Below, piece by piece: positions 49,608-59,934 of a stretch of DNA of 64,000 bases. Position 1 is the stretch's first letter; every line of letters starts with the position of its first letter. The position numbers and the translations under genes are program-made. Below the pieces are notes generated by a model, which was not told the origin of the DNA, did no database searches, and was given only the letters and a program-made list of their open reading frames with translations. The DNA comes from Geodia barretti (Eukaryota): positions 1 to 64,000 of the forward strand of contig CASHTH010000349.1 of NCBI GenBank assembly GCA_030341885.1, read 5' to 3'.

Positions 49608-51311
49608 ATGGAGTACTTTGTTCTTGCTGCGGCTGTCTTTTGCCTGCGTCTGGCGGGCTCTGAGGATCTCTACTGGAGACCCAACACTGACTGGAACAAT
49701 CGTAACAACTGGAAACTTGGGCGCGTGCCGTGCGAGGGAGATGTAGCTGACTTCAGCTCCGTACGTGCTCTCTCGCGTGCGTAGCTGGAAGTGTAACGAA
49801 CAGAGACGTTTGTATGCAGGTTCCTCGTGGGTCTGTGATACGGCTGGACGGCCGTGCCACCATACGCAGCGTGGTTCTGCCCGTAGGTAGCACCATAGAG
49901 CTGGGCAAGTCACTCACACTTCAGTTCTCTAACACCACTTCTTGCAAGAGTGAGACGTTTGCCCAACCGCTAGACTTTATTCAGCTATCCTTATCCTCTT
50001 ACAGTTGAAACTGCCAATGGACCAATGGTTGCTCCAGTTGAGGTAAGACAGAGAGGGGGACACTGTGTGCATGACAACTGAAACCTGATTTTGTATCCTG
50101 TTTGACCTGATTCCACTACTCCGCTGACAGGAAAACAACCTGTTTGTTGGCGCTGGGCCCAAATACTGGGAACACTCCAAGAACTGGGAGACTGGCGATG
50201 GGAAATCTGCCACGTCCCCTCCTTGTGGGAAAGACAGAGCTCTCTTCAGGGAGGTGAGGCTCTTTCTCCCTCCACAAACACCCGCTACCCTCTCTCGTCT
50301 CCTTCCCAGGGTCACTACTACTGGACTGTGGAGTCCAACATGTCTAACGTGTCAGTGCAGCATCTGAAAGTGAGAGGAGAACTGGTCACAACTGAACTCA
50401 TCCCAAGTAGGCACATACTCCGCCAAATCCGTCATCTTGTCGCTTTCTCTCTTTGTTTCCTCTCTCAGAAGTGGCTCCAGAGTTTAAACTAAATCTGGTG
50501 GTCGACCCGCGATGTGGCGAAGACCCTTCCCTCTGTCCCTGTCTGTTAGAGACCCAACCTCAGCCCTCGCCCGCAGCCGGAGGGAGGAAACGAGAGGGGA
50601 ATAATTCTGGTCGAACGGCAGCCATTGTCGTTGTCGTACTGATCCTAATCCTGCTGTTGGTCGGACTGACTGTACTACTATTAGTCCTCTGGTGAGCTCT
50701 CCTGTTGAGCACCTCTAATCCAGACACTAATGAGACAGAAGAAAGTGTCAATTTTAGTTTGGTGTCCGTATTGCAGGGGTTCAATTCCATGCAAGAACTC
50801 TAAATAAAAGGTGACCTTATTAGCTGTTAGAGGGTGTTTCTCTCCTACAGGCTGAGGTGGAGACGTGGACAGTTCTACAAGAAGGACAGTCCTCTTGGAG
50901 AACCTGAGGATAGTCTCAACAGCCCTACTGCCCGGTAGCTGCACCACACCGTTCTTCAGTCCAGCAACAATTCACTCCTCCCTCCCTCCCTCCCTCGTCT
51001 TTCTTCACAGTGCGGTGTCTGCCGGAGATGGTGTATTGTTGTTTGACAACCCAATATACGAAACGGAAGGAGTTGCAAGGAAGAAAGGGGTTAAAGGCTC
51101 GCCCGACAAAGCAGATACTAGAGCCCACGAAATGGAAAATATCGCAATTTTGAGGTGAAACTTAACGTTCTCACTGTCTCACATCTCCTTTTCTCTCTCT
51201 GCTCAGGCCATCAGCGAGCCACTATGAACCTGTCGATTTTTCCGAGGACACTAGCTCAGCCTCCAGGCCAGAGAAGAAGACTCCGATTCTTGATGAATAC
51301 GAGCGCTTGTA
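49608..51311 (+). CDS. AMN: Amnionless-like type I membrane protein, ~10 exons with several ~55-nt introns
   Basis: Signal peptide MEYFVLAAAVFCLRLAGS; EDLYWRPNTDWNNRNNWKLGRVPCEGDVADFSS (cf. human [32 protein letters not shown]); TM AAIVVVVLILILLLVGLTVLLLVLW followed by RLRWRR; cytoplasmic LLFDNPIYETEG (FxNPxF/Y endocytic motif); exons approx 49608-49760, 49820-49963, 49997-50042, 50130-50256, 50311-50408, 50468-50692, 50851-50938, 51008-51158, 51212-51311. Confidence 0.75.
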
Positions 51312-51469
51312 GCTCACTTTCTCTCGGAAAGTGAACATTTTGAACACAAGAACTGAAAAACTTTGCTTTACCGTAAAACATGTATGAGAATAGCATGTAT
51401 GAGATATAGTAGCACACGGTATATATTATTTGTATGATACAAAAATTGAGAAGCTAAAAATTTCCTGGT

Positions 51470-54400
51470 TCATTTGGTGAGTGGTGTTGGTGAGGTGGGC
51501 GAGGTGTTGGTGAAGGTAGTAGGGCTGGAAGGGAGGGTGGTGGTGGTGTACGTGTGGATCTCAACACTTCCCTCATCGAGGAGCGGCTCTCTGAATGACG
51601 TGTGGCCAACAACACGAGGCCTGTTCTCCTGAATACCTCGGTTTGTCCTGTCCACACCTGTCGGTATGCCATCAACATACGTTGCATCGTCAGGAATGCT
51701 CTGCGGAACGTGGAGCACAATTCTTTTCATCTTCTTTGCGCAGTACTTTGTGTAGCATTTCAGCAGGCAGCTCGTCAGTTTTGGGAACCGCACAAACATT
51801 CGGTAGAAGAACACTCCAAACATCACGATGTAAGCCAGCACCACGAGTACAGAGGTGTACTCCGTGGCACTTCTCATGGTTGTGACCTGTTGATCGTGGC
51901 CGTCGTCGAGTTTGGCATTGAAGAAGAGAGAACCGAGGAACAGCATAATCAGGTTCAAGAGGAATAGACTGTCAAGGGAATTGACCCATTTGGACTGGAA
52001 CGGTTGAAGCTCCAGCTGCAGGAACAGTAGGACTGTCAGGAAGAAGACAGTTACAAAGGTGCTGGTTGGCGGAGCCGTAAACGAGGCCATTATGATGGGA
52101 ACCCACCTGAAGATTAGTCTCAGACCCAACCAGAACCGAAATCTCGGTTTGAACGGGTTCCAGAACGTGTCGTAGAACGGTTTGTATTTCTTGAGGAACT
52201 TGTTACTGTAGAGAACTGTTGGGAAGAGGAAGATGATGGGTATGGGTATGATGTAGAACAGGATCAGGAGAATGGCAGCGAAGGCGAGTAGCCCGTGGAA
52301 TCGAGTGAAATAGACCAAAGTGGGGTCTAGCATCCAGCGTACTAACTTGTGGTTGTCTTCAGTGTAAATCACAGCCGTGCTGAGAAGGTCAAATGAAAAC
52401 TGTAGGATACTCACATAGGACATAATCAGAAGTGTCGCAAATGCCTCGATTGTTGCAAATGCAGTCTTGGCTCGGACCTTGCAGCATTTGGACTTGAACA
52501 CGGAGCGGAGTACGGCCATCAGAAGAGAGAGGTAGAGAGGGAAACTCAGCTCCCACCAACTTCGCTCCAATGCCGACATGTTGCTGTGGAAGCAAGTCTC
52601 AATACCCCAAGTTCAGAGTGAGCCAGTTGGCCAGGACAGCCACTCTGGGTCCGCCATCACTTGGAGACAGGATCCTCTCATACAGACTGACTATATTGGC
52701 CCAGAACAGAATTCCGTTCAGGTAGCCACTGGAGAGGTTGACAGGGAATATCACGAGTAGCGCTATCAGGAGAGCTCCTAGAAGCAGAAACAGGAGAATA
52801 ATGACGGCATAGTTGTTGGAGCACTTCAGGCATCGGGGACTGCCAAAGACATTGGTGTACCCATCCAGACATGATCCGCAGAGCACACCTCCCCTGTTGA
52901 GACTGGGTCGACACTGGAGGTCAAAATTGACAGAGTTGTTCCTCACAGAGATGTTGGCATCGCCTGGCTCACAGAGACCTCGAATGCAGTTCCCCACTGC
53001 AAATGTAGATCTGTCCACCGGTCCAACCCACAGCTGTGTCGGGACTCGCAGGACAAGGTTTGTAGAGTCACACTCAACCTCTCTTTCCAACAGCTCCTGG
53101 CTGCACTCACAACGCAGTGTGGTCTCCCTGTACTCAAACCCCACGGGACAGTCCAGCAAGTTGACACGAATATCCACCTGGGCTGGTCGATAGCCAACGT
53201 CTAGACTATATACTACAATGTTGGTTGTGATATTGGTAGCTCCCAGCACTGCGAGAGAAGTGGAGAGATTGCTGTTGGCAGTATACCCAGTGATTATATT
53301 GGGACCCAGGGCAGGTATGATCGTCTGAGACAAACCCTGGGAGAGTTCTACGAAGGAGCCCAATATGGTTGAAATGCTCTGGTCCAGACTGTCCACCGGT
53401 CGAATGGGGACTTGTGCTACCTCCCCCGGAGCAAGACTGTACTCTGTGATCCCATTCTCAATGTACACTCTGCTGACTGGAGTGCGAACGTTTCGGATTC
53501 CAGTTGGATCCGGGGTAAACTGGAACAGATGGCTGAAATGGGTGTCGAGTATCTGCAAGACGTTGATGGTGTTGTAGGTGAGAATGAGAGGTTGAGACCA
53601 GGGGCAGTTGAGCAGAGCCGAGCCAAAGATTGTCCCTGCCAGCAGGGCAGAGTTGTTGGTGAAGCTGACACTGAAGCTGCTAGTGTTGAAGCTGCAGTCG
53701 TCACAGAAGGAGAACTGGTCGTAGTTGAAGTACATGAAACAATCAAACAGTGTCGGGATCGGGGAACTGGTGATCTGGTTCACGTAGAGACCTCCACCGT
53801 ACACCCTCGCCACGTTGTTCGACACATCCAGAGAGGATCTCGGCAGAATTACGAGAAATGCTATCTGGAGAATTATCCCTGCTCCGTAGAACCCTATGTT
53901 TCTGGCGATGGATACGTTTCCAGCTATGCCAATGATGCTGCTAGTTCCCTGCAGCGCGGAGCCAATGTTATCCTCAAACACGCAGTCGCCAGCCAGCGTG
54001 ACGTTGATGGCATTCACGTCGAATACGGCGGTGCTGTCTGAGCTGGAGATGGAGGTAATATCTCCCAGTGTCTCCAGTTTGTTAGCTGTGATTTTGATGT
54101 TCCAGGCCAACACCTGGATCCCTAGTACTCTGGCATGGAGTTTCAGCTCCTGAATATAGACTGCAGCACCTCGCGTCGCTCTGTTCCCGGTGAACACACA
54201 GTCCTCGATGAAGAAATGTGCACTGTCTGTCAGATCGGCAACGGCTGTGGTAACGAGGGAGAGAATCTCAATTGCCCCTCCGTTTATTGCACCGTTGTCT
54301 GTAAAATTTGAGTCCCTGGCTACAAACCCAATCCTCCTCTCGTGAATGAAGACTTGTACTTCAGGAAAAGGTGACACTAGGTCGTTGTACACGCCAATCG

Positions 54401-55445
54401 CTCCTCCACTTGTGAGAAAGTCGAGGTCAAATTCACTCGACAAGAAGCCGTTTCTGGTAAACAAACAGTTGTCAAACACGGCATATGAGTGAGACGCTCC
54501 CTGGAAGATCCCCACGTGAGCTGCACTGCCGTAAGTGGCCGAGTTCTCTTCAAAGACCGTGGAGACAGTGGTAACATTCATAGCAAAGCAGGATTGTCCA
54601 AATATGGCGGTGATCCCTCCACTTCCACCGATAGGGTACCCAGCTTCCCGAACCTCGAGGGAGTCGCGATAATTAAACTCCACTGCTGCCAGGTCAGAGC
54701 ACTCGGTGTTACCAACAAAACTGCTGTTTGTGATTGTCAGGGAATAGAAATCGAGATTTTCGCAGGTTGAGATGTTGGAGTCAACGAAATCCTGAAAGAG
54801 AAAGAATGCCCCTCCGCCAATTCTCTCTCCAGTGTTCCTGATGTAGTTTGTGTTGTTGACAAAGGAGCACGTCTTTTGCGCCTGTCTGTTGTTGGAGAAA
54901 CGGCAGTTTGTGATGCTGGAATCTCCAACTACATTGATCCCAGCCAGCCCTAGACCTGTGGTGTTGGTGATAGCCACATCTTCCATTTCCAGACCAGACA
55001 CGCTGGCCAGGTAGACTGCCACTCGAGTTCCGGTGGGAACTTTGAAAAACAGCTGCAGTAGCTCCTGAGTGAGACTCACTGCCTGTGTCAAGGTCTCTCC
55101 TGTCACTCCACACTCCATGATCTGTAAGTTCCTCAGTGTAAGACCCGATATATTGAGGAACATCAGTCCGACTCCATCAGAGCAAGTGATGACAACATCA
55201 GTTTGGTCCAGCCCAACTATGGTGATATTGTCAACTCCACTCACCAGTACTGCCTCACTCAGGCAGTGAACACCACTCTCTAGGGAGACAACAGAATTTG
55301 AAGAGATGTTCTGAAGAGCCTTGTGTAGTGTTCCATCTGAGGTGCAAGGTCCACTTGGCTCCAGCCTTTGCCCCCTGCCAACCTCTAGCAGAAGGCAGAC
55401 TGCCACAATGATGCCAAGCAAACCACACTTTCCCATTTCCCTCAC
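51470..55445 (-). CDS. Beta-helix/multi-TM paralog A: signal peptide, Pmp-like right-handed beta-helix repeat ectodomain, EGF-like Cys-rich modules, multi-pass TM C-terminus; reading frame interrupted at ~52580-52601 (in-frame TGA plus +1 shift), so a possible pseudogene, assembly error, or (unlikely) a 22-nt intron
   Basis: ORFs 52599-55445 (948 aa, MREMGKCGLLGIIVAVCLLLEVGRG...) and 51470-52579 (369 aa TM block) are collinear with paralog B; repeats such as SNFTDNGAINGGAIEILS, FTNNSALLAGTIFGSALLNC; upstream TATA-like (cctttatagg) and CCAAT at 55514-55529. Confidence 0.6.
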
Positions 55446-55624
55446 TGTACACCAGCTCTAGCTTCTACAACTGTCTTTCTGGATCAGCCCTAAAACTGCA
55501 CAATAGCCTCTCCCCTATAAAGGATTGGCACATGAATCTCATAATCACAGTAATCAATCAAAGTTTATCATGTGACATAGAGTAGTGACAATATGAATTT
55601 GTATAATTTCACACGCTTATGGAA

Positions 55625-58600
55625 TCATTGAATATGATTGGTATTGTTGATTGGCACAAGGTCAGCTAGTCCTTCCTCCAGTAGCGGTTCTCGGAGTACG
55701 GAGTAATTTACCACAGGGGGCGGGGCTTTCTCTTTGTCCTGGGGTACCCTGGTCTTTGTGGGAGAGCCCGGGGTGGGCTGGTCTCCCTCTCCCTCGCTCA
55801 CTGTCGAGTTTTCCCTCATTTCCTCTCCATCTTGGCTCCCACCTGACACACTATCACCGTCCGTGTGTGGCTGTGTTAGTGGAGTTGTTTCTCTGATGAA
55901 TATTTCAGCTCTTTTCCTGCGAGTAAGACGGGAGTAGAGAGAGGCAAATGGCCTGCGAATGACGGGGAACCGGTGCTGTACATGCCACAGCACCACTAGC
56001 AGAATGGCCACGTAGGCCAGAGTGACAAAGAACGTAAAGTACTTAAACTGAGCCCTGTGGTAGGGGATGTAGCCTTTGTTATCTTCATTTGCAGTGATGG
56101 AGATCTGAAAGTACAGGGCCCCCATGGCCAGCATTATTATGTTACTCATGAAGAATGTGTCGAGAGTGTTTCTGAAAAATCCGTCAAACGGTTGTATGGT
56201 TACCTGGAGGAACAGTGTACAGACGGCAAATATACCTAGAAATAGGATGTTCATTGGTTGAGGAACGACATAGGCAGTGGTGTAAGGGATCACTCGTAGG
56301 AGAAGACGTAATCCAACAAAGAATCTGAATTTGGTCTTGAACGGTGCCCAGAATGCGTCGAGCACTGGTTTTATCTTTACTCCGAGTCTTGTGGTGAATG
56401 CGATGCCAGGGAACGCTAGGATGAGGGGAGGAGGCAACACGACAGTCAGCAGCAGAAAGCAAGCCAGAATGACCAGGAACTTGTGGAGACCATGGAAATA
56501 CTCCTGGTTTGGGTCACTTCTCCAGCTGAGGTAAGAGGCTCCGTCAACAGAACGGAGCAAGAGAGGGCTCAGTAGCTCTATACACACCTCCAACATGGTG
56601 GCATAGGACATGAGGAGGATCGTGGCAAACAACTTAGCAGCGGAGAACTTTGCACGGCTGAAGAACCGGGAGAGACGGCGGGATTTCTTTGAGAGAAGGG
56701 TGACAATGATCATGAGGAGGAGGAGGTAGAAAGGGAAGACCAGTCTTAGAGCCACTTTGTCCAAGGTTGTCATCCCATCGAAGAAACAATGCCCGATTCC
56801 AAAGTCCAGATTGAACCAGGCGACCACAACAAATATGGCAATGTTTCTACTACTGGTGTTGAGAATTGGAACGTATATGGAGAGGACGTTTGTGTAGAAA
56901 AGAATCGAATTCAGGTAGCCTTCGGACACCGTAATGTGGAGAAAGAGGATCCCGAATGTAATGACTACGCCGCCAAAAGCGAAGAGAATGATGAGTGAGA
57001 GACCATAGTTGTCTTGACACTGAGTGCATCGGTGGGAACCCAACTGGATGCTGTAACCCTCGGCACACTGCCCACAGAGGATGCCCGAACGGTGGTACCG
57101 CGAATGACACAACAGATCAAACCCCGGCGGTTTCACCTGTCTCTCTCCGGGGCTGCAAAAGTCAGATCTGCAGTCCGCGACGATGAAAGAGTTGTCCGGT
57201 CCCGGCCCCACCCACTTATTATTGGGGACGGTGAAGTTCATCGAAGTGGAGTTGCACTGAATGTCGTTGTGGTTCATGAGCCCCGGCTCACACTCACACC
57301 TTCCATTTTGGTACTGAAACCCGACTCTGCACTCAGTGAGGTTAATCTTGAACCCTGTGTGTGAGTAAGAGTCCGTGGCGTAGAGGTAAATGGTGACATC
57401 ATTCACATTCTTAGCTCCGGTCACAATCATAGGTACAAGGTCGCCATATTGGAGCTCATTAGCAATCTGCAGGAAGCTGAAACTCGAGAATCCGAGCAGC
57501 GACGAAACGTTTGGGTGTCCAGGGCTGGGTTTGGAGGAGATGAGGACAGGCAGGCTCTGGTTAAGATGGTCGTAGCCACTCACGTTGAGATAGAACAGCT
57601 CACCAGGTGAGTAGCTCAGTTGAAGAGAGCTGTGGATAGTTAGTTTGTTTGTGGGAGTGGTGACTGCACCGACAGTGGTCGGATCACTGCTGAATCTGAA
57701 CGAATCGTTCAAGTCAAGGTAGAGTATGTCTAGAACGTGAGGTCGGTTGTACTTTTCCCTCAGCTGCATGCTCCAGGGACACGTGTCGAGAGTTGAGCCG
57801 AAAATCAGACTCCCGAGAGGTGCCAAGTTGTTGTTCAGCTCCAGAGTAAAGTTGAGAGCCTCAATATCGGGACAGAGGTCCTCTTCAAAACAGATGGTGT
57901 CCACATTTTCGAAGAAGAGGAAGCAATCGTGGTGGTTAATGTCGGGGGAAAACGCAATGTGATTGACATACACCGCCCCACCTTCTACTACGGCTGAGTT
58001 GTTTTCCAAAACCAGATGAGAATTGTTCACTAGAACAATGTAAGAGTTTGCGATAAGGCTAATAGCACCGCCAAACGAGCCAGTATTGTTGCAAATTACC
58101 GTCCGGTCGTGGAAATTTATGACTGACGACACCGAGCGAATGGCAGCTGCAAAGTTATCGGCGATCAGATTATTCTCTCCCTCGAATGTCACGTTGACTC
58201 CCTGGAACTCCACAGTAGCCGAAGTGTCTAACTTTGAAGAGGGTATGTTACCAGGGGCATCTTCTGAATAATATATCTTATTATTGGTGAGGACTGTGTT
58301 ACGAAGGACAGCTTTCATCCCTGGCTGAAGACCGCTCTGTTTCAGCTCTTCGATGTGCATGGCTGCTCCCACAAGAGCTACGTTGCCACTCAGTCTACAG
58401 CTGTCCAGAGTAACAGTGTCTCCTCCCCTCGTCTTGTACTTGGAAAAGATGTTGATTGCCGCCGAGTATGACCCTCTATTCTCAGTCAGTGTACATCCCT
58501 GTAGGGTGACATTATTGCTCTGTAATAGCGTAGTACCAGCTCCCTGATTGCTGGGGTGAGCGACATCTCTGACCATATAGAATCCAGAGCCATGCGTTAG

Positions 58601-59653
58601 TAATTGCCTGTCGTCCAGATCTCCAGTAAGGCCGTTCCTGTGGAAACGGCAATCTCTGAAGGAGATGTTGTTTCCAGCAGCTCCTTCAAACAGGGCCAGG
58701 TAAGACCCTCCACCCAAAAGACTGGTGTTGTTTTGGAAGAGAGCAGAGGTAACGGTCACGTCTGCAGCGTAGAGAGACTGTGCCAGGATCAGTGACAGAC
58801 CTCCGCCTGCCCCCAGCGAGTAGCCGAACCTCTCCGTCAACTTTTTATAGTTCGTGTCGCTCACTTCTATGTAAGCAGAGAGGCCGCAGTAGGAATTGTT
58901 GACGAACTCCGTGTTGAGGATCTGTAGCGAAGTGAAGACGTTTTCCGATGTTTGGTTGTAGTCGGCGAAGATGAAAAAGGTCCCTCCGCCAACCTGGTTG
59001 TTTTCCGTAGCGTTGACGTTCGTGAGGTTATCCAACGGCAGTCTGTAGCAGAAGGGAGGGCGGTTGAGGGAGAAGGTGGAGTTTTCCACGACAGCCGAGC
59101 CTCGCGGGTTGACTACCAGCATCCCCAGTCCTTCTGTGCCGGTCACTTCCACCGCGCGAACTGTAAAATCAGACACCATCCCTGCAGCAACGGCGATCTT
59201 GTCCGTGGGGTGAATGTCGTAAAAAAACCTTGTCCTGTTCTTCAGCTCCTCCTGGAGGTGATCCAGCTTCCCCGAGCCCGTAGCTCCGCAGCTAACGACC
59301 GTCAAACCTTCCAGAGTCAGCGTGCTGACGTCGAGAAAGGCGAGCCCAACTCCTACTGTGCAGATGACTACGACACTCTCCCGGTGGCTGACGTTCCCCG
59401 AGAACGTCACGTTGTGTAGATGCTGAACGTAGCCGAACTCAGTGAGACAGTGAGTGCCGAGGAGAAGGCGGTAGAAAGTGTCCGACCTGACATCTCCCTG
59501 GGAAATAAGGGAGTCGAGAGTCGTGGCTCCGTCAGCTCTTTTCTCAGTGCAGTTCTGCGGGAAGACGTCTACAGTTGCTGCTCCAGCGTACGTTAATAAG
59601 CATGCAGCAGAGACTATGGAAAGACACGTTAGGAGGGAGAGGGCAGCGGCCAT
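55625..59653 (-). CDS. Beta-helix/multi-TM paralog B, intact 1342-aa single-exon ORF: signal peptide, >30 N-glycosylation sequons, Pmp-like beta-helix repeats, two EGF-like Cys modules, ~9 predicted TM helices, cytoplasmic tail
   Basis: MAAALSLLTCLSIVSAACLLTYAGA; repeats TENRGSYSAAINIFS, NNSAVVEGGAVYVNH, NNNLAPLGSLIFGSTLDTCPW; EGF-like CRVGFQYQNGRCECEPG and CGQCAEGYSIQLGSHRCTQC; TM helices LSLIILFAFGGVVITFGILFL, IAIFVVVAWFNLDFGIG, LVFPFYLLLLMIIVTLL, LFATILLMSYATMLEVCIELL, FLVILACFLLLTVVLPPPLILAF, FFVGLRLLLRVIPYTTAYVV, ILFLGIFAVCTLFLQVTI, FMSNIIMLAMGALYFQISI, FTFFVTLAYVAILLVVLW; TATAAAG at ~59670-59677 (minus), GC box 59735-59743. Confidence 0.8.
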   Translation of the reverse strand: MAAALSLLTCLSIVSAACLLTYAGAATVDVFPQNCTEKRADGATTLDSLISQGDVRSDTFYRLLLGTHCLTEFGYVQHLHNVTFSGNVSHRESVVVICTVGVGLAFLDVSTLTLEGLTVVSCGATGSGKLDHLQEELKNRTRFFYDIHPTDKIAVAAGMVSDFTVRAVEVTGTEGLGMLVVNPRGSAVVENSTFSLNRPPFCYRLPLDNLTNVNATENNQVGGGTFFIFADYNQTSENVFTSLQILNTEFVNNSYCGLSAYIEVSDTNYKKLTERFGYSLGAGGGLSLILAQSLYAADVTVTSALFQNNTSLLGGGSYLALFEGAAGNNISFRDCRFHRNGLTGDLDDRQLLTHGSGFYMVRDVAHPSNQGAGTTLLQSNNVTLQGCTLTENRGSYSAAINIFSKYKTRGGDTVTLDSCRLSGNVALVGAAMHIEELKQSGLQPGMKAVLRNTVLTNNKIYYSEDAPGNIPSSKLDTSATVEFQGVNVTFEGENNLIADNFAAAIRSVSSVINFHDRTVICNNTGSFGGAISLIANSYIVLVNNSHLVLENNSAVVEGGAVYVNHIAFSPDINHHDCFLFFENVDTICFEEDLCPDIEALNFTLELNNNLAPLGSLIFGSTLDTCPWSMQLREKYNRPHVLDILYLDLNDSFRFSSDPTTVGAVTTPTNKLTIHSSLQLSYSPGELFYLNVSGYDHLNQSLPVLISSKPSPGHPNVSSLLGFSSFSFLQIANELQYGDLVPMIVTGAKNVNDVTIYLYATDSYSHTGFKINLTECRVGFQYQNGRCECEPGLMNHNDIQCNSTSMNFTVPNNKWVGPGPDNSFIVADCRSDFCSPGERQVKPPGFDLLCHSRYHRSGILCGQCAEGYSIQLGSHRCTQCQDNYGLSLIILFAFGGVVITFGILFLHITVSEGYLNSILFYTNVLSIYVPILNTSSRNIAIFVVVAWFNLDFGIGHCFFDGMTTLDKVALRLVFPFYLLLLMIIVTLLSKKSRRLSRFFSRAKFSAAKLFATILLMSYATMLEVCIELLSPLLLRSVDGASYLSWRSDPNQEYFHGLHKFLVILACFLLLTVVLPPPLILAFPGIAFTTRLGVKIKPVLDAFWAPFKTKFRFFVGLRLLLRVIPYTTAYVVPQPMNILFLGIFAVCTLFLQVTIQPFDGFFRNTLDTFFMSNIIMLAMGALYFQISITANEDNKGYIPYHRAQFKYFTFFVTLAYVAILLVVLWHVQHRFPVIRRPFASLYSRLTRRKRAEIFIRETTPLTQPHTDGDSVSGGSQDGEEMRENSTVSEGEGDQPTPGSPTKTRVPQDKEKAPPPVVNYSVLREPLLEEGLADLVPINNTNHIQ

Positions 59654-59934
59654 GGCGGCAACCGTGGATCTTTATAGTCAACACAGGAAGTGACACTGTT
59701 TTGTTGGTATAAGTGAGCGTGGCATAATAAAAGAGGGCGGGGCTCGCTTCGACAGCTGTTTTCACACGTCATTGCAAAAATCGCGACAATATGCACTGAC
59801 TACTTAGTTACGAGTGCAAGGCAATGCCTGCCGTTTGCACTGTCTTTCCTATCTTGTCCATTGCCTCCAGCTTTGAAATGAATGCCTGCAAAAACCGCAG
59901 AGAGGTTGAAAACTTACACACATGCAGGAGAATG

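Noticed and set aside
52580-52601. 22-nt GT..AG mini-intron repairing beta-helix paralog A
   Set aside because: It is shorter than any supported intron here (44-57 nt minimum class). Paralog B has about 13 extra codons at this position, so a deletion or frameshift is the better explanation. Kept only as an alternative in the findings.
53412-54041. Plus-strand ORFs (53412-54041, 52813-53193, 56995-57364, 58952-59419 etc.) overlapping the two large minus-strand genes
   Set aside because: Antisense frames of long, repeat-rich coding sequence. No independent splice or start context, and the minus-strand ORFs are far longer and homologous to each other.
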